Of a stretch of 64,000 nucleotides of DNA, positions 37,151 to 45,163 are shown one piece after another (positions within the stretch are counted from its first letter, which is position 1; every line of letters starts with the position of its first letter). The notes beneath the pieces were generated by a model, which was given only the letters and a program-made list of their open reading frames with translations, was not told where the DNA came from and ran no database searches. Source of the DNA: Bryobacterales bacterium (lineage in GTDB: Bacteria > Acidobacteriota > Terriglobia > Bryobacterales > UBA6623); contig CBDDCY010000008.1 of NCBI GenBank assembly GCA_965226435.1, positions 415,232 to 479,231 on the forward strand. The letters run 5' to 3'. The translations under genes and the position numbers were made by a program.

Positions 37151-37588
37151 ATGCCTGTGGCTTATCCGGAATATCTGCTTTCGCCGATGCGCGAAGAGTT
37201 GTCTCGATTGGGGGTCATCGAGACGCGTACCCCCGAGCAGGTCGACGAGTTGCTTACCCCCGACAGCGGGACCGTTTTAATGGTTGTCAACTCGGTGTGC
37301 GGCTGTGCCGCCGGGTCGGCGCGACCGGGTGTCGCGCGGTCGCTGGAAAGCGAAATCAAACCCGACAAAGTCGGCACGGTTTTCGCGGGTGGTGATGTCG
37401 AAGCCGTAGCCCACTTACGACAAATCCTGTCGAACTATCCGCCGTCTTCGCCTTCGGTCGCGCTATTTCGCGACGGGAAGCCGGTCTACATGCTCCACCG
37501 CCAGGAGATCGAAGGGCGCGATCCGTCACAAATCGCGGCCATTCTACAGCAGGCCTACCAGGAACATTGCGCCGCTCCGGCGAAGTAG
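37151..37588 (+). CDS. BrxA/BrxB-family bacilliredoxin (CGC motif)
   Basis: PMREEL, VNSVCGCAAGSARPG, TVFAGGD, PPSSPSVALFRDG. Confidence 0.9.
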   Translation: MPVAYPEYLLSPMREELSRLGVIETRTPEQVDELLTPDSGTVLMVVNSVCGCAAGSARPGVARSLESEIKPDKVGTVFAGGDVEAVAHLRQILSNYPPSSPSVALFRDGKPVYMLHRQEIEGRDPSQIAAILQQAYQEHCAAPAK

Positions 37589-37720
37589 CCGGAGAGCCCG
37601 GCGCACGCGGGGGTCTTGGGGAAGATCTCACCGCCTTCTGGAGGCGCGGGACGCCCCCGCGCGTAGAACCGGCTTGAGAAGCCGGGAGGCTGTCACGACG
37701 ACTGTCGCCGGCGGCCCCTG

Positions 37721-39343
37721 TCACCACGTTCGATCAATCCCGACGACCGGCAACGACGCGCCGCTCTTGCGCAAATACACCGTCACCGTCTTGGCGGGAT
37801 CGGCTCCTTGGATCCGCGCGGCGAAGTAGGCTCCGTTTTCGCCCTCGCCGACCTCGGGCGGTAGACCAAGACCCGTTGCGCCTTCGATCGGCGAGTGCTT
37901 TTCGGCTTCGTTGTCGAATTTCGACCACTTGACTTGATACGTTTCGGACTCGGCGAAACCGTGCTTGACGGCCAGGTTCTCGAAGTCGAGCCGCCCCCCC
38001 GCCGCGCGAAAATGGTCGAGCGCCAACACGGCGCTGAAATATTTCTTTCCGACGATATCGCGCCTCTTGATGGGGCATTCGATCAACCATTCGACCGCTT
38101 CGGGGTCACTATATTGCCCTTGCTCGATGATCGCCCGAATGTGCTGATCCGAGAAAGCCATCACCTTCTTCGCCGCCCAAAAAGCATCGTCGGGCAGGCG
38201 GTTCTTGAAGGCCGGATTCGGCTCCTCGGTGGTCCATAGCTCGGGGTCGAAAACGCGATAGTCGAACTTCCCGACCGACGGGAAGTAGTTGTACTTGAGC
38301 CGATGGTAGCGCGGCGGGGCGAAGCCGAGTGTCAGGACCTGCTTCGCGGCCTTGCCCCATTCGAAAAGGTGTTCGTTGCCCGAGCGCGAGCTATTCGAGT
38401 AGACGCTGGCGCTCCCCAGAATCGAGCCGAAATCCACCAAGTGGTGCCGCACAAACGGCACCCCGTTTTCCTCGACCACCATGTCGAGCGTATTGATGGC
38501 GCGGGAGTCGTCATGCCCAAGCCAAGCGCAAAAAACAAAGAGACCGCGCAGGTCGCGGCGGTGTTCATGGGGCACAATGTCGTTGGGGTCGTCGGGCCGC
38601 GTACCGTGATAGCGGAACTCGCCGGCCGGACGGCCGCTCAGAAAATAGCTGGCGAGGCCGCGAATGCGTCCGTTTGCCGTTCGGGGAACGCGAGCCAGAA
38701 TCTTCTCGACGTCTTCCTCTCGCATCGCCTGTTCTCGGCCCTTGAGATCGGTGAGCGTCGTTCCCTCGCCGATGACCAGCTTGGGGCGGTCGAAATAGAC
38801 GATGTAATTTTCCGGGACGTCGTACCCGAGAGCGTGGAAAAACAACGACCCGACGACATCGACTGCCGTTGCCATTTCCGGGTTCGTCATGGGGTCGAAT
38901 TTAAGAATATATATCTTGCCCGTCGCGTCCTTGATCGTGAAGCCCGGCGTCACGCCCGCCGTCTTCGCGCCGACGATCGACCATTTCCCTTCTTGCGAGG
39001 GGGCATTGTCCCGCCGTGGGCCGCGCACGACCTCGTCGACGCTCATCGGCCGCGTGCCGATGCGGTTCGTAAACCAGGTGCTGTCGAGAACCTCGCCCAG
39101 CGTATTCACCGCGCCCGCGGGAATCGGCTTCGCGCCTTTCCTGAGCTCCTTGGGCTTGGGCTGCGCTTCGGCCGGCTTGCCAAAGGTCTGTAGGAAATAG
39201 TCGTAATACATCGACAGCCGCCGCTCTTCGACCATTTCGGCGGCCATTGGCGGCGGCTCGCGCGGAAGCGGGTCGTCGTCGTAGAACTTCTTCGCGCCGG
39301 CGGGCAACGCCAAGATCAGAAACAACAAGAAGGCTTTCTTCAT
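37721..39343 (-). CDS. Exported protein with atypical (HipA/PI3K-like) kinase motifs
   Basis: Signal peptide MKKAFLLFLILALPAGA; GVTPGF, YILKFDP, PEMAT, WLGHDDSRAIN, HHLVDFGS. Confidence 0.65.
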   Translation of the reverse strand: MKKAFLLFLILALPAGAKKFYDDDPLPREPPPMAAEMVEERRLSMYYDYFLQTFGKPAEAQPKPKELRKGAKPIPAGAVNTLGEVLDSTWFTNRIGTRPMSVDEVVRGPRRDNAPSQEGKWSIVGAKTAGVTPGFTIKDATGKIYILKFDPMTNPEMATAVDVVGSLFFHALGYDVPENYIVYFDRPKLVIGEGTTLTDLKGREQAMREEDVEKILARVPRTANGRIRGLASYFLSGRPAGEFRYHGTRPDDPNDIVPHEHRRDLRGLFVFCAWLGHDDSRAINTLDMVVEENGVPFVRHHLVDFGSILGSASVYSNSSRSGNEHLFEWGKAAKQVLTLGFAPPRYHRLKYNYFPSVGKFDYRVFDPELWTTEEPNPAFKNRLPDDAFWAAKKVMAFSDQHIRAIIEQGQYSDPEAVEWLIECPIKRRDIVGKKYFSAVLALDHFRAAGGRLDFENLAVKHGFAESETYQVKWSKFDNEAEKHSPIEGATGLGLPPEVGEGENGAYFAARIQGADPAKTVTVYLRKSGASLPVVGIDRTW

Positions 39344-39353
39344 CGCTGCGTCC

Positions 39354-40604
39354 TTAGAACGGGTTCCCGAATTTGAACCATATCTGATACCCCTCGCGGC
39401 TGAATCCGAAATCAAGCCGGAGAAAGACCTTGTTTCTGCCATTGAATCGAAAGCCGATTCCATACGACGTCTCCAGGCCGTGGAGATTGATCTGGGTACG
39501 GCGGGGCGTCACTTTCCCGGCGTCGAAAAACAGCGCCATGTCCAAACCCGGAAACGATTCCCAGCGGTATTCGGCGTTGAAGATGACGTGATTGTCGTCG
39601 TAAAACCGGTAGGTGCGAAAACCACGCAAGTCCTCCGAGCCCCCCAGGTAGGGCTGCATGTAGAAGGGCACTGACTGCCCGTCGATCGACCACGTCATCA
39701 CCGTGCGGCCGCGCAGCGCGAAGACCCGTTTATCGTTGAAGAACGGGATGTATTGCTGCACTTCCAGATCGAGCCGCCGAAACGTGTGCAGATCGATGCG
39801 CTGGTCGTCGTAGTAGAGAAAGCGCGCCGAGTAAAATCCTCCCGAGCGCGGACCGCCCTCAATGTCGCGGTAGTCGACTTCCACAAACCCGCCGGCGCGC
39901 AAAAAATCGGTCTGCCGCAGAATCCCCGGGCTGACGGCGGGGCTGTAAAGTTGGTCGGCCGACTCGTCGCCCGGCGGGCCGGGACCGATGTTGAATTGCA
40001 AATATCCTCCGGTGAGTCCCATTCGAAAAAACTCAGCGGGCCGGAAAGCGGCGTCGGCGTCGAATGACGTTCGCTCCAACCTATAGGCGGATTCACCCTC
40101 GACGCGGGAGTCCGGCCCGGGTCCGTAGTAATCCATCTCCGGGAAATTGCTGTGCACGGCCGCCAGATGGACGGGAAACCTTCCACCGGCGAGGTTGGGG
40201 AGATCGGCCAAGAGTTCGAACTGATATGCCTTCTTGGCCGATGCGACCGCGAAAGTCGACACCTTCAGGTCGCCGCCGGTCGTCCGGTAGGTGTACCCTG
40301 GGCCCAGCGCAAAGCCTTGCCCTGTGGCCAAGCCGCCGAAGCGCCCTCGCCAGCCTCCCAGCCCGGCCGCCAGCCGTTCCAGGTAGTTGGTGTCTTCCAC
40401 CTTGTGCATGACCTTTTCGATCTTGCCCGAGATCGGTTTGGTCAGTTTCTTGGCTTTTTCACTACGCGCCTGCTCGATGGCCTCGGCTCGCGAGGTGGGT
40501 TCGGGTTGCGCGGCCGGGTTGGAATCGCCGGATTCGTCCTGAGCTGGCAACGAGACTGCCATCACGATCAGGGGCAAAGCAATCCGCCGGAGTCGTCGGA
40601 TCAT
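39354..40604 (-). CDS. Omp85 (BamA/TamA-family) outer-membrane beta-barrel without obvious POTRA domains
   Basis: Signal peptide; LGGSEDLRGF..YRF, FNAEYRW, LFFDAGKV, YGIGFRF, C-terminal aromatic FKFGNPF. Confidence 0.85.
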   Translation of the reverse strand: MIRRLRRIALPLIVMAVSLPAQDESGDSNPAAQPEPTSRAEAIEQARSEKAKKLTKPISGKIEKVMHKVEDTNYLERLAAGLGGWRGRFGGLATGQGFALGPGYTYRTTGGDLKVSTFAVASAKKAYQFELLADLPNLAGGRFPVHLAAVHSNFPEMDYYGPGPDSRVEGESAYRLERTSFDADAAFRPAEFFRMGLTGGYLQFNIGPGPPGDESADQLYSPAVSPGILRQTDFLRAGGFVEVDYRDIEGGPRSGGFYSARFLYYDDQRIDLHTFRRLDLEVQQYIPFFNDKRVFALRGRTVMTWSIDGQSVPFYMQPYLGGSEDLRGFRTYRFYDDNHVIFNAEYRWESFPGLDMALFFDAGKVTPRRTQINLHGLETSYGIGFRFNGRNKVFLRLDFGFSREGYQIWFKFGNPF

Positions 40605-40798
40605 GATGGAGCGGGAGTCGGAGATCATGATCTTCCGGGGCGTGGAAAAGACCGCCTTAATGCCGCTTGGCGGAAACCGCGTCCGCGACGCGACCGAAAC
40701 AAGCTTCTAATCTATCACGCCTTTCCGGGAGTGGAAGCCAAGAGCCGGTGCTACACGACTTGGCGGAACCGAAGGACAGATCATCCGACCGCCCGTTA

Positions 40799-40828
40799 AT
40801 ACGTATGATATACTGAAAGATACGTATC
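40799..40828 (+). promoter_or_regulatory. Tandem palindromic operators of the TA operon
   Basis: ATACGTAT at 40799-40806 and GATACGTATC at 40819-40828, just before ATG 40837. Confidence 0.6.
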
Positions 40829-40836
40829 CTTTCGCC

Positions 40837-41058
40837 ATGAAAGCTAAGCTCACCGTTAGCATCGATGCCGACCTTTTGTCGCCGGCGAAAGAGGCGGCCC
40901 GCCGGCGAGGTGTTTCTTTGTCGAGCTACATCGAAGGCGCGCTTCGAACATTGAGCAGCGATCGCAAGCAATCTTTTGCGGAAAAGTGGCGCGGCAGCTT
41001 CCGACCCGCCGAACGGGACGAGGAACGTTACCGCCGGCTGGCGAAAAAATACTTGTGA
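40837..41058 (+). CDS. RHH-like antitoxin (DUF6364-like)
   Basis: MKAKLTVSIDADLL..AKEAARRRGVSLSSYIE; GTGA overlap with the PIN gene. Confidence 0.85.
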   Translation: MKAKLTVSIDADLLSPAKEAARRRGVSLSSYIEGALRTLSSDRKQSFAEKWRGSFRPAERDEERYRRLAKKYL

Positions 41059-41471
41059 CCCTGCTCCTTGATCTCGACGTGATCCTCGATCTGATCCTAG
41101 ATCGTGAGCCCTATTCCGCACCCGCCGCCGAATTGCTGGGGATGATCGAGACGCGTCCAGGTTCGGCCTTCATCGCGTGGCACTCCATCTCGAACTTCGT
41201 TTATCTGTCGGCTCGCCGCCACGGCCGCAAAACTTCCAAGCAATTCATCGTGGATTTATGCCGCTTCGTAGCGGTCGCGAAGACGGACACCGAAAGCCTT
41301 CGCTATGCGGCGGGACTCGCGATGAGCGATTTCGAGGACGCCATGCAGGTCGCGGCGGCGGCGGCGTGCGGCGCTGACGTCATTGTCACGAGAAATCTTC
41401 GGGACTACCGCCGTTCGCCTATCCGTGCCGCGGCTCCGGGCGACGTGATACCCGAGTTGAGACGAGCTTAG
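41055..41471 (+). CDS. PIN-domain (VapC-like) toxin
   Basis: LLDLDVILDLILDREP, SDFEDAMQVAAA, IVTRNLRDY. Confidence 0.88.
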   Translation: MTLLLDLDVILDLILDREPYSAPAAELLGMIETRPGSAFIAWHSISNFVYLSARRHGRKTSKQFIVDLCRFVAVAKTDTESLRYAAGLAMSDFEDAMQVAAAAACGADVIVTRNLRDYRRSPIRAAAPGDVIPELRRA

Positions 41472-41475
41472 CCGC

Positions 41476-41740
41476 TCACTTCAGCGTCGTCGGGTATTCC
41501 ACCAAGTCCACGAATTCGTCGAGAGTCATCTGCTCCTGCAAATCCATCGGCATGGCCGACACGGTTGATAACCTTCGCTTGGCGATGTCGCTTTTCGAGT
41601 AGTCGGCGGTGACGCCGCCTTCCATGCGCGGAGTCAACTCTTTGGGTATCTGCTGACGATAAACCCTTCGATTTCGTCGGCGTTGTTGAGCGCGAGAAGC
41701 TGCGGTTCGTAGCCGCCCCCCCCGGGTGTCGAGATGCCGC
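41476..41740 (-). pseudogene. C-terminal relic of a PVC-type heme-binding-domain protein
   Basis: GYEPQLLALNNADEIEGFIVS, then a frameshift, then KELTPRMEGG...SAMPMDLQEQMTLDEFVDLVEYPTTLK; no start codon or N-terminal domains. Confidence 0.6.
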
Positions 41741-41741
41741 C

Positions 41742-43046
41742 TTACTCCGTTCCTTCCGCGAAGCCCCCCTCGACGCTCCAGACGGTTTTTCCGCCGACGA
41801 TCGTCTCGACCGCTCCACCTTGAAATTCTCGTCGCTCGAAGGGGGAATTCTTGCTCTTCGAGTGAGACTTCGCGGCCTCGAAAACCCAGCCGCGCTCCAG
41901 GTCCAGAATCGTGACGTCGGCCGCGGCGCCCACTCGCAAGGTCCCCTGCTCGAGCCCGATCACCTTGGCCGGACCGGTCGTAAACAACTCCACCATGCGC
42001 ATCAAGCTGATCGTACCCGGGTGCACCAGCCGCTCGAGCGACAACCCGATCGCCGTTTCGAGACCGGTCACACCGAAAGGACAACGCTCAAATTCCTGGG
42101 CCTTCATATTCCCCGTGTGCGGAGCATGGTCGGTCGCGATGGCGTCGATCACGCCCTCCACCAAACCCTCGATCGCCGCCTCGATGTCGCGCTCGCCCCG
42201 TAGCGGAGGGCGCATCTTATAGTGGCTGTCGTAGCCGGGAATGTCCGTATCGGCCAGCGTGAAGTGATGCGGCGAAACCTCGCAAGTGATCGGGACGCCC
42301 AGCTTGCGGGCATGCCGCACGATGCCGATCGAATTCCGCGTCGAAATGTGCGCGATGTGGCAGCGCGCGCCGGTCGCCTCGCTCAGGATCGCGTCCCTGG
42401 CCACCATCACGTCTTCCGAGCTTGAGGGGATACCGCCCAACCCCAGCCTTACCGCTTGCGCCCCTTCGTGAATGTCGCCGCCCATGCTCAGATTCAAATC
42501 CTCGCAATGGTCGATCACCGTCATGTCGAACGACCCGGCATACTGCATCGCCCGCCGCATCACGGCCGAGTTCATCACCGGCAGCCCGTCGTCGGAAATC
42601 GCCACGGCGCCGGCCTCTTTCATCGCCCCGATTTCGGCAAGCTGCTCGCCCTCGCTGCCTTTGGTGATCGCACCGATCGGAAAGACGTTCACGATCGCCC
42701 TGCGGCGTGCCCGCTCGACGATAAAACTGGTGACCGTCGGGCTGTCGTTCACCGGAATCGTGTTCGGCATGCAGCATACCGTTGTGAAACCGCCGGCCGC
42801 CGCCGCCCGCGCGCCCGTCTCAATCGTCTCGGCGTGCTCGATGCCGGGTTCGCGCAAGTGAACGTGAATATCGAGAAAGCCGGGCGCTACGACGAGCCCC
42901 GCGGCGTCGCGGATTTCGGCGCCGGGTGCATCGATGGCGGTATCCACGGCCACGATGCGGCCGTCTTCGATCAGCACGTCGGCCGGACCGTCGCGACCCG
43001 AGTCCGGATCGACCACGCGGCCGTTTTTGATCAGCAGTTTCGTCAT
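41742..43046 (-). CDS. pyrC: Dihydroorotase (long type)
   Basis: PGFLDIHVHLREPG, MPNTIP, DHCED, HIAHIS, ATDHAPH, GLETA. Confidence 0.95.
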   Translation of the reverse strand: MTKLLIKNGRVVDPDSGRDGPADVLIEDGRIVAVDTAIDAPGAEIRDAAGLVVAPGFLDIHVHLREPGIEHAETIETGARAAAAGGFTTVCCMPNTIPVNDSPTVTSFIVERARRRAIVNVFPIGAITKGSEGEQLAEIGAMKEAGAVAISDDGLPVMNSAVMRRAMQYAGSFDMTVIDHCEDLNLSMGGDIHEGAQAVRLGLGGIPSSSEDVMVARDAILSEATGARCHIAHISTRNSIGIVRHARKLGVPITCEVSPHHFTLADTDIPGYDSHYKMRPPLRGERDIEAAIEGLVEGVIDAIATDHAPHTGNMKAQEFERCPFGVTGLETAIGLSLERLVHPGTISLMRMVELFTTGPAKVIGLEQGTLRVGAAADVTILDLERGWVFEAAKSHSKSKNSPFERREFQGGAVETIVGGKTVWSVEGGFAEGTE

Positions 43047-43098
43047 CAAAAAATTAGAGGCCGAGGCGGCTCCCCGATCGCGCCACCGGCGCGCCGCT

Positions 43099-44055
43099 TC
43101 ACGACATCCCACACGCTCGTTCCAGCACCGCCATGCGAACCGCCACGCCGTTTTCCACCTGATTGAGAATCACCGAACGCGGAAAGTCGGCGACTTCCGA
43201 CGACAGCTCGCGGCCGCGATTAATCGGTCCCGGGTGCATCACGATAGCGTCGGGCTTGGCGTGTTTCAGATGTTCGATCCCCAATCCGTAAAATTGAAAG
43301 TACTCGTTTTTGGGGAACGGCAGCATATTCTGCCGTTCGAGCTGCACGCGCAGCATCATGATCACATCGGCGTCCGTCACCGCCTCGTCGATGCTGTGAG
43401 TCAGGCGAATGCCCGGCGCCAGGTGCACCAAGTTGCCGGGCAACATCGTCGCCGGGCCGCACAGCACCAGATCCACGCCGAACTTCGTCAGCAAGTGGGC
43501 GTTCGAACGCGCCACGCGGCTGTGGGCGATATCCCCAATAATGGCGACCCGCAACCCTTCGAGCGAGGACCGGTTGTCGAGAATCGTGAGAGCGTCGAGC
43601 AGCGCTTGCGTGGGATGTTCGTGGCGGCCGTCGCCGGCGTTGACAATCGGAGTCGAGAGGAATCGCGACAGGAAATGCGGCGCGCCCGACGCGGCGTGGC
43701 GCATCACGATCACGTCGGGACGCATCGCCGACAACGTATTGAGCGTGTCAACCAGCGATTCACCTTTTGACATGCTCGACCCTTGCGCGGAGATCGAAAT
43801 CGCGTCGGCCCCCATGCGCTTCGCCGCGATCTCAAAGCTGGCTCGGGTGCGCGTCGAAGACTCGAAAAACAGGTTGACGATCGTTTTACCGCGCAACGTG
43901 TCGAGCTTCTTGACCGCTTCCGATTGCATCGGCTGGTGGTGACGCCCTCGCGCCAGCAACCGCTCGATGTCTTCACGGGCCAGGTCTTCGATGCCGAGCA
44001 AGCTTCGCCGCGCCAATTCGGCGGGTGCGGCGGAGGCTGGAGGAGAGAGTGCCAT
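43099..44055 (-). CDS. pyrB: Aspartate carbamoyltransferase catalytic subunit
   Basis: [48 protein letters not shown]. Confidence 0.97.
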   Translation of the reverse strand: MALSPPASAAPAELARRSLLGIEDLAREDIERLLARGRHHQPMQSEAVKKLDTLRGKTIVNLFFESSTRTRASFEIAAKRMGADAISISAQGSSMSKGESLVDTLNTLSAMRPDVIVMRHAASGAPHFLSRFLSTPIVNAGDGRHEHPTQALLDALTILDNRSSLEGLRVAIIGDIAHSRVARSNAHLLTKFGVDLVLCGPATMLPGNLVHLAPGIRLTHSIDEAVTDADVIMMLRVQLERQNMLPFPKNEYFQFYGLGIEHLKHAKPDAIVMHPGPINRGRELSSEVADFPRSVILNQVENGVAVRMAVLERACGMS

Positions 44056-44128
44056 CGGATGTCGTTCTTGGTGCCGGAGCCGGGCAGACCCTCGCGGGAC
44101 AGCTCGCTCAAAGCCGCGTCCGGGTTCT

Positions 44129-44680
44129 TCAATCCACTTTTTCCACTAAAAGGACGCGCTCTTCGCCGTCCACCGGTTCGAGCTTCACTTCGATGATCTC
44201 GGAATCCGTTGTCTCCACCTGCCTGCCCACGAAACGCGCCTCGATGGGGAGTTCTCGATGCCCTCGGTCGATCAGCGTGCAGAGCTGAATCGTCCTCGGA
44301 TTTTCCTTCCCCAGCAAGGCGTCGAGCGCGGTCCGCGTCGTTCGGCCCGTGTAGAGCACGTCATCGACAAGAATGACGTCCATACCGTCGGTTGAGAAAG
44401 GGATTCGCGCGCCGCTGACCACCGGATGATCGGCGACCGTCGAGAGATCGTCGTTGTAGAGTTTGATTGCAAGGCTGCCGCGCGGGATCTCGTGGTTCTC
44501 CAATTGGCTGATCTTGGCCGCCAGCCGTTCGCCCAGCACCGCTCCCCGCCGGTGAATGCCCACCACCGCCAGCCGCTCGACGGCGTCGTTCTTGTCTATC
44601 ACTTCATGGGCCAAACGCACCAGCGTGCGATCGATTTCCGAGCCCGTCATCAACTGTGCTTTCGTCTGGATGGTAGGCAT
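44129..44680 (-). CDS. pyrR: Bifunctional pyr regulator/uracil phosphoribosyltransferase PyrR
   Basis: [32 protein letters not shown]; start re-assigned to ATG 44680. Confidence 0.93.
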   Translation of the reverse strand: MPTIQTKAQLMTGSEIDRTLVRLAHEVIDKNDAVERLAVVGIHRRGAVLGERLAAKISQLENHEIPRGSLAIKLYNDDLSTVADHPVVSGARIPFSTDGMDVILVDDVLYTGRTTRTALDALLGKENPRTIQLCTLIDRGHRELPIEARFVGRQVETTDSEIIEVKLEPVDGEERVLLVEKVD

Positions 44681-44955
44681 GGGCGAGCCGAAGCCATCAA
44701 GATACCACACCCTCGATTCGAGCCCCCGCGGGACTGGGCGAGCAACCCGCCGGCCTCGCGACGGTGTCGCGACGGTGGAAGTGGCAGTCACATGATGTTC
44801 ACACGCCAGTCATGCGGGCGCGCCCAGACGTCCGCTTGAAGCACGCCGCGGAAGGTTTCAGTATTCTCCATGGATCTTGCCCCCCATGAAACGCCCCGCT
44901 GCCTTCCCCAGAACTTCCTGATATCAGTTCACTTATAATAGCCCCGGCTTAGTGA

Positions 44956-45008
44956 ATTAGTATAAGTATAACTAATGTTTTAAGCGCCTTAGTTCCGCTT
45001 GCTATAAT
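44956..45008 (+). promoter_or_regulatory. AT-rich dyad ATTAGT-N9-ACTAAT and TATAAT -10 upstream of gltB
   Basis: Dyad at 44956-44976; TATAAT at 45003-45008, with another at 44934-44939. Confidence 0.5.
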
Positions 45009-45163
45009 ACTCTCGCGGGTGTTATCCTGACACGAACCTGAGAGCGAATCCCGTCCTTCTGTCCGCGGACACGCTCCCATCTTGGTCTTCTGACGGGAAG
45101 GTTTCCTCCGGCCCGGCATGCCGGAAGGGTGACAACCGTTCGCCTCAAGAGCAGCTACATCTT

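Noticed and set aside
38070-38080. Pro at a probable helical Leu position (ECPIKRR) as evidence of systematic T-to-C errors or editing
   Set aside because: Too few cases and no alignment available to show that Leu is the conserved residue.
44725-44745. AGTCCCGCGGGGGCT upstream of pyrR resembling a PyrR-binding loop
   Set aside because: It deviates from ARUCCNGNGAGGYU, appears to lie upstream of the likely -10 (TATCTT), and has no terminator/antiterminator.
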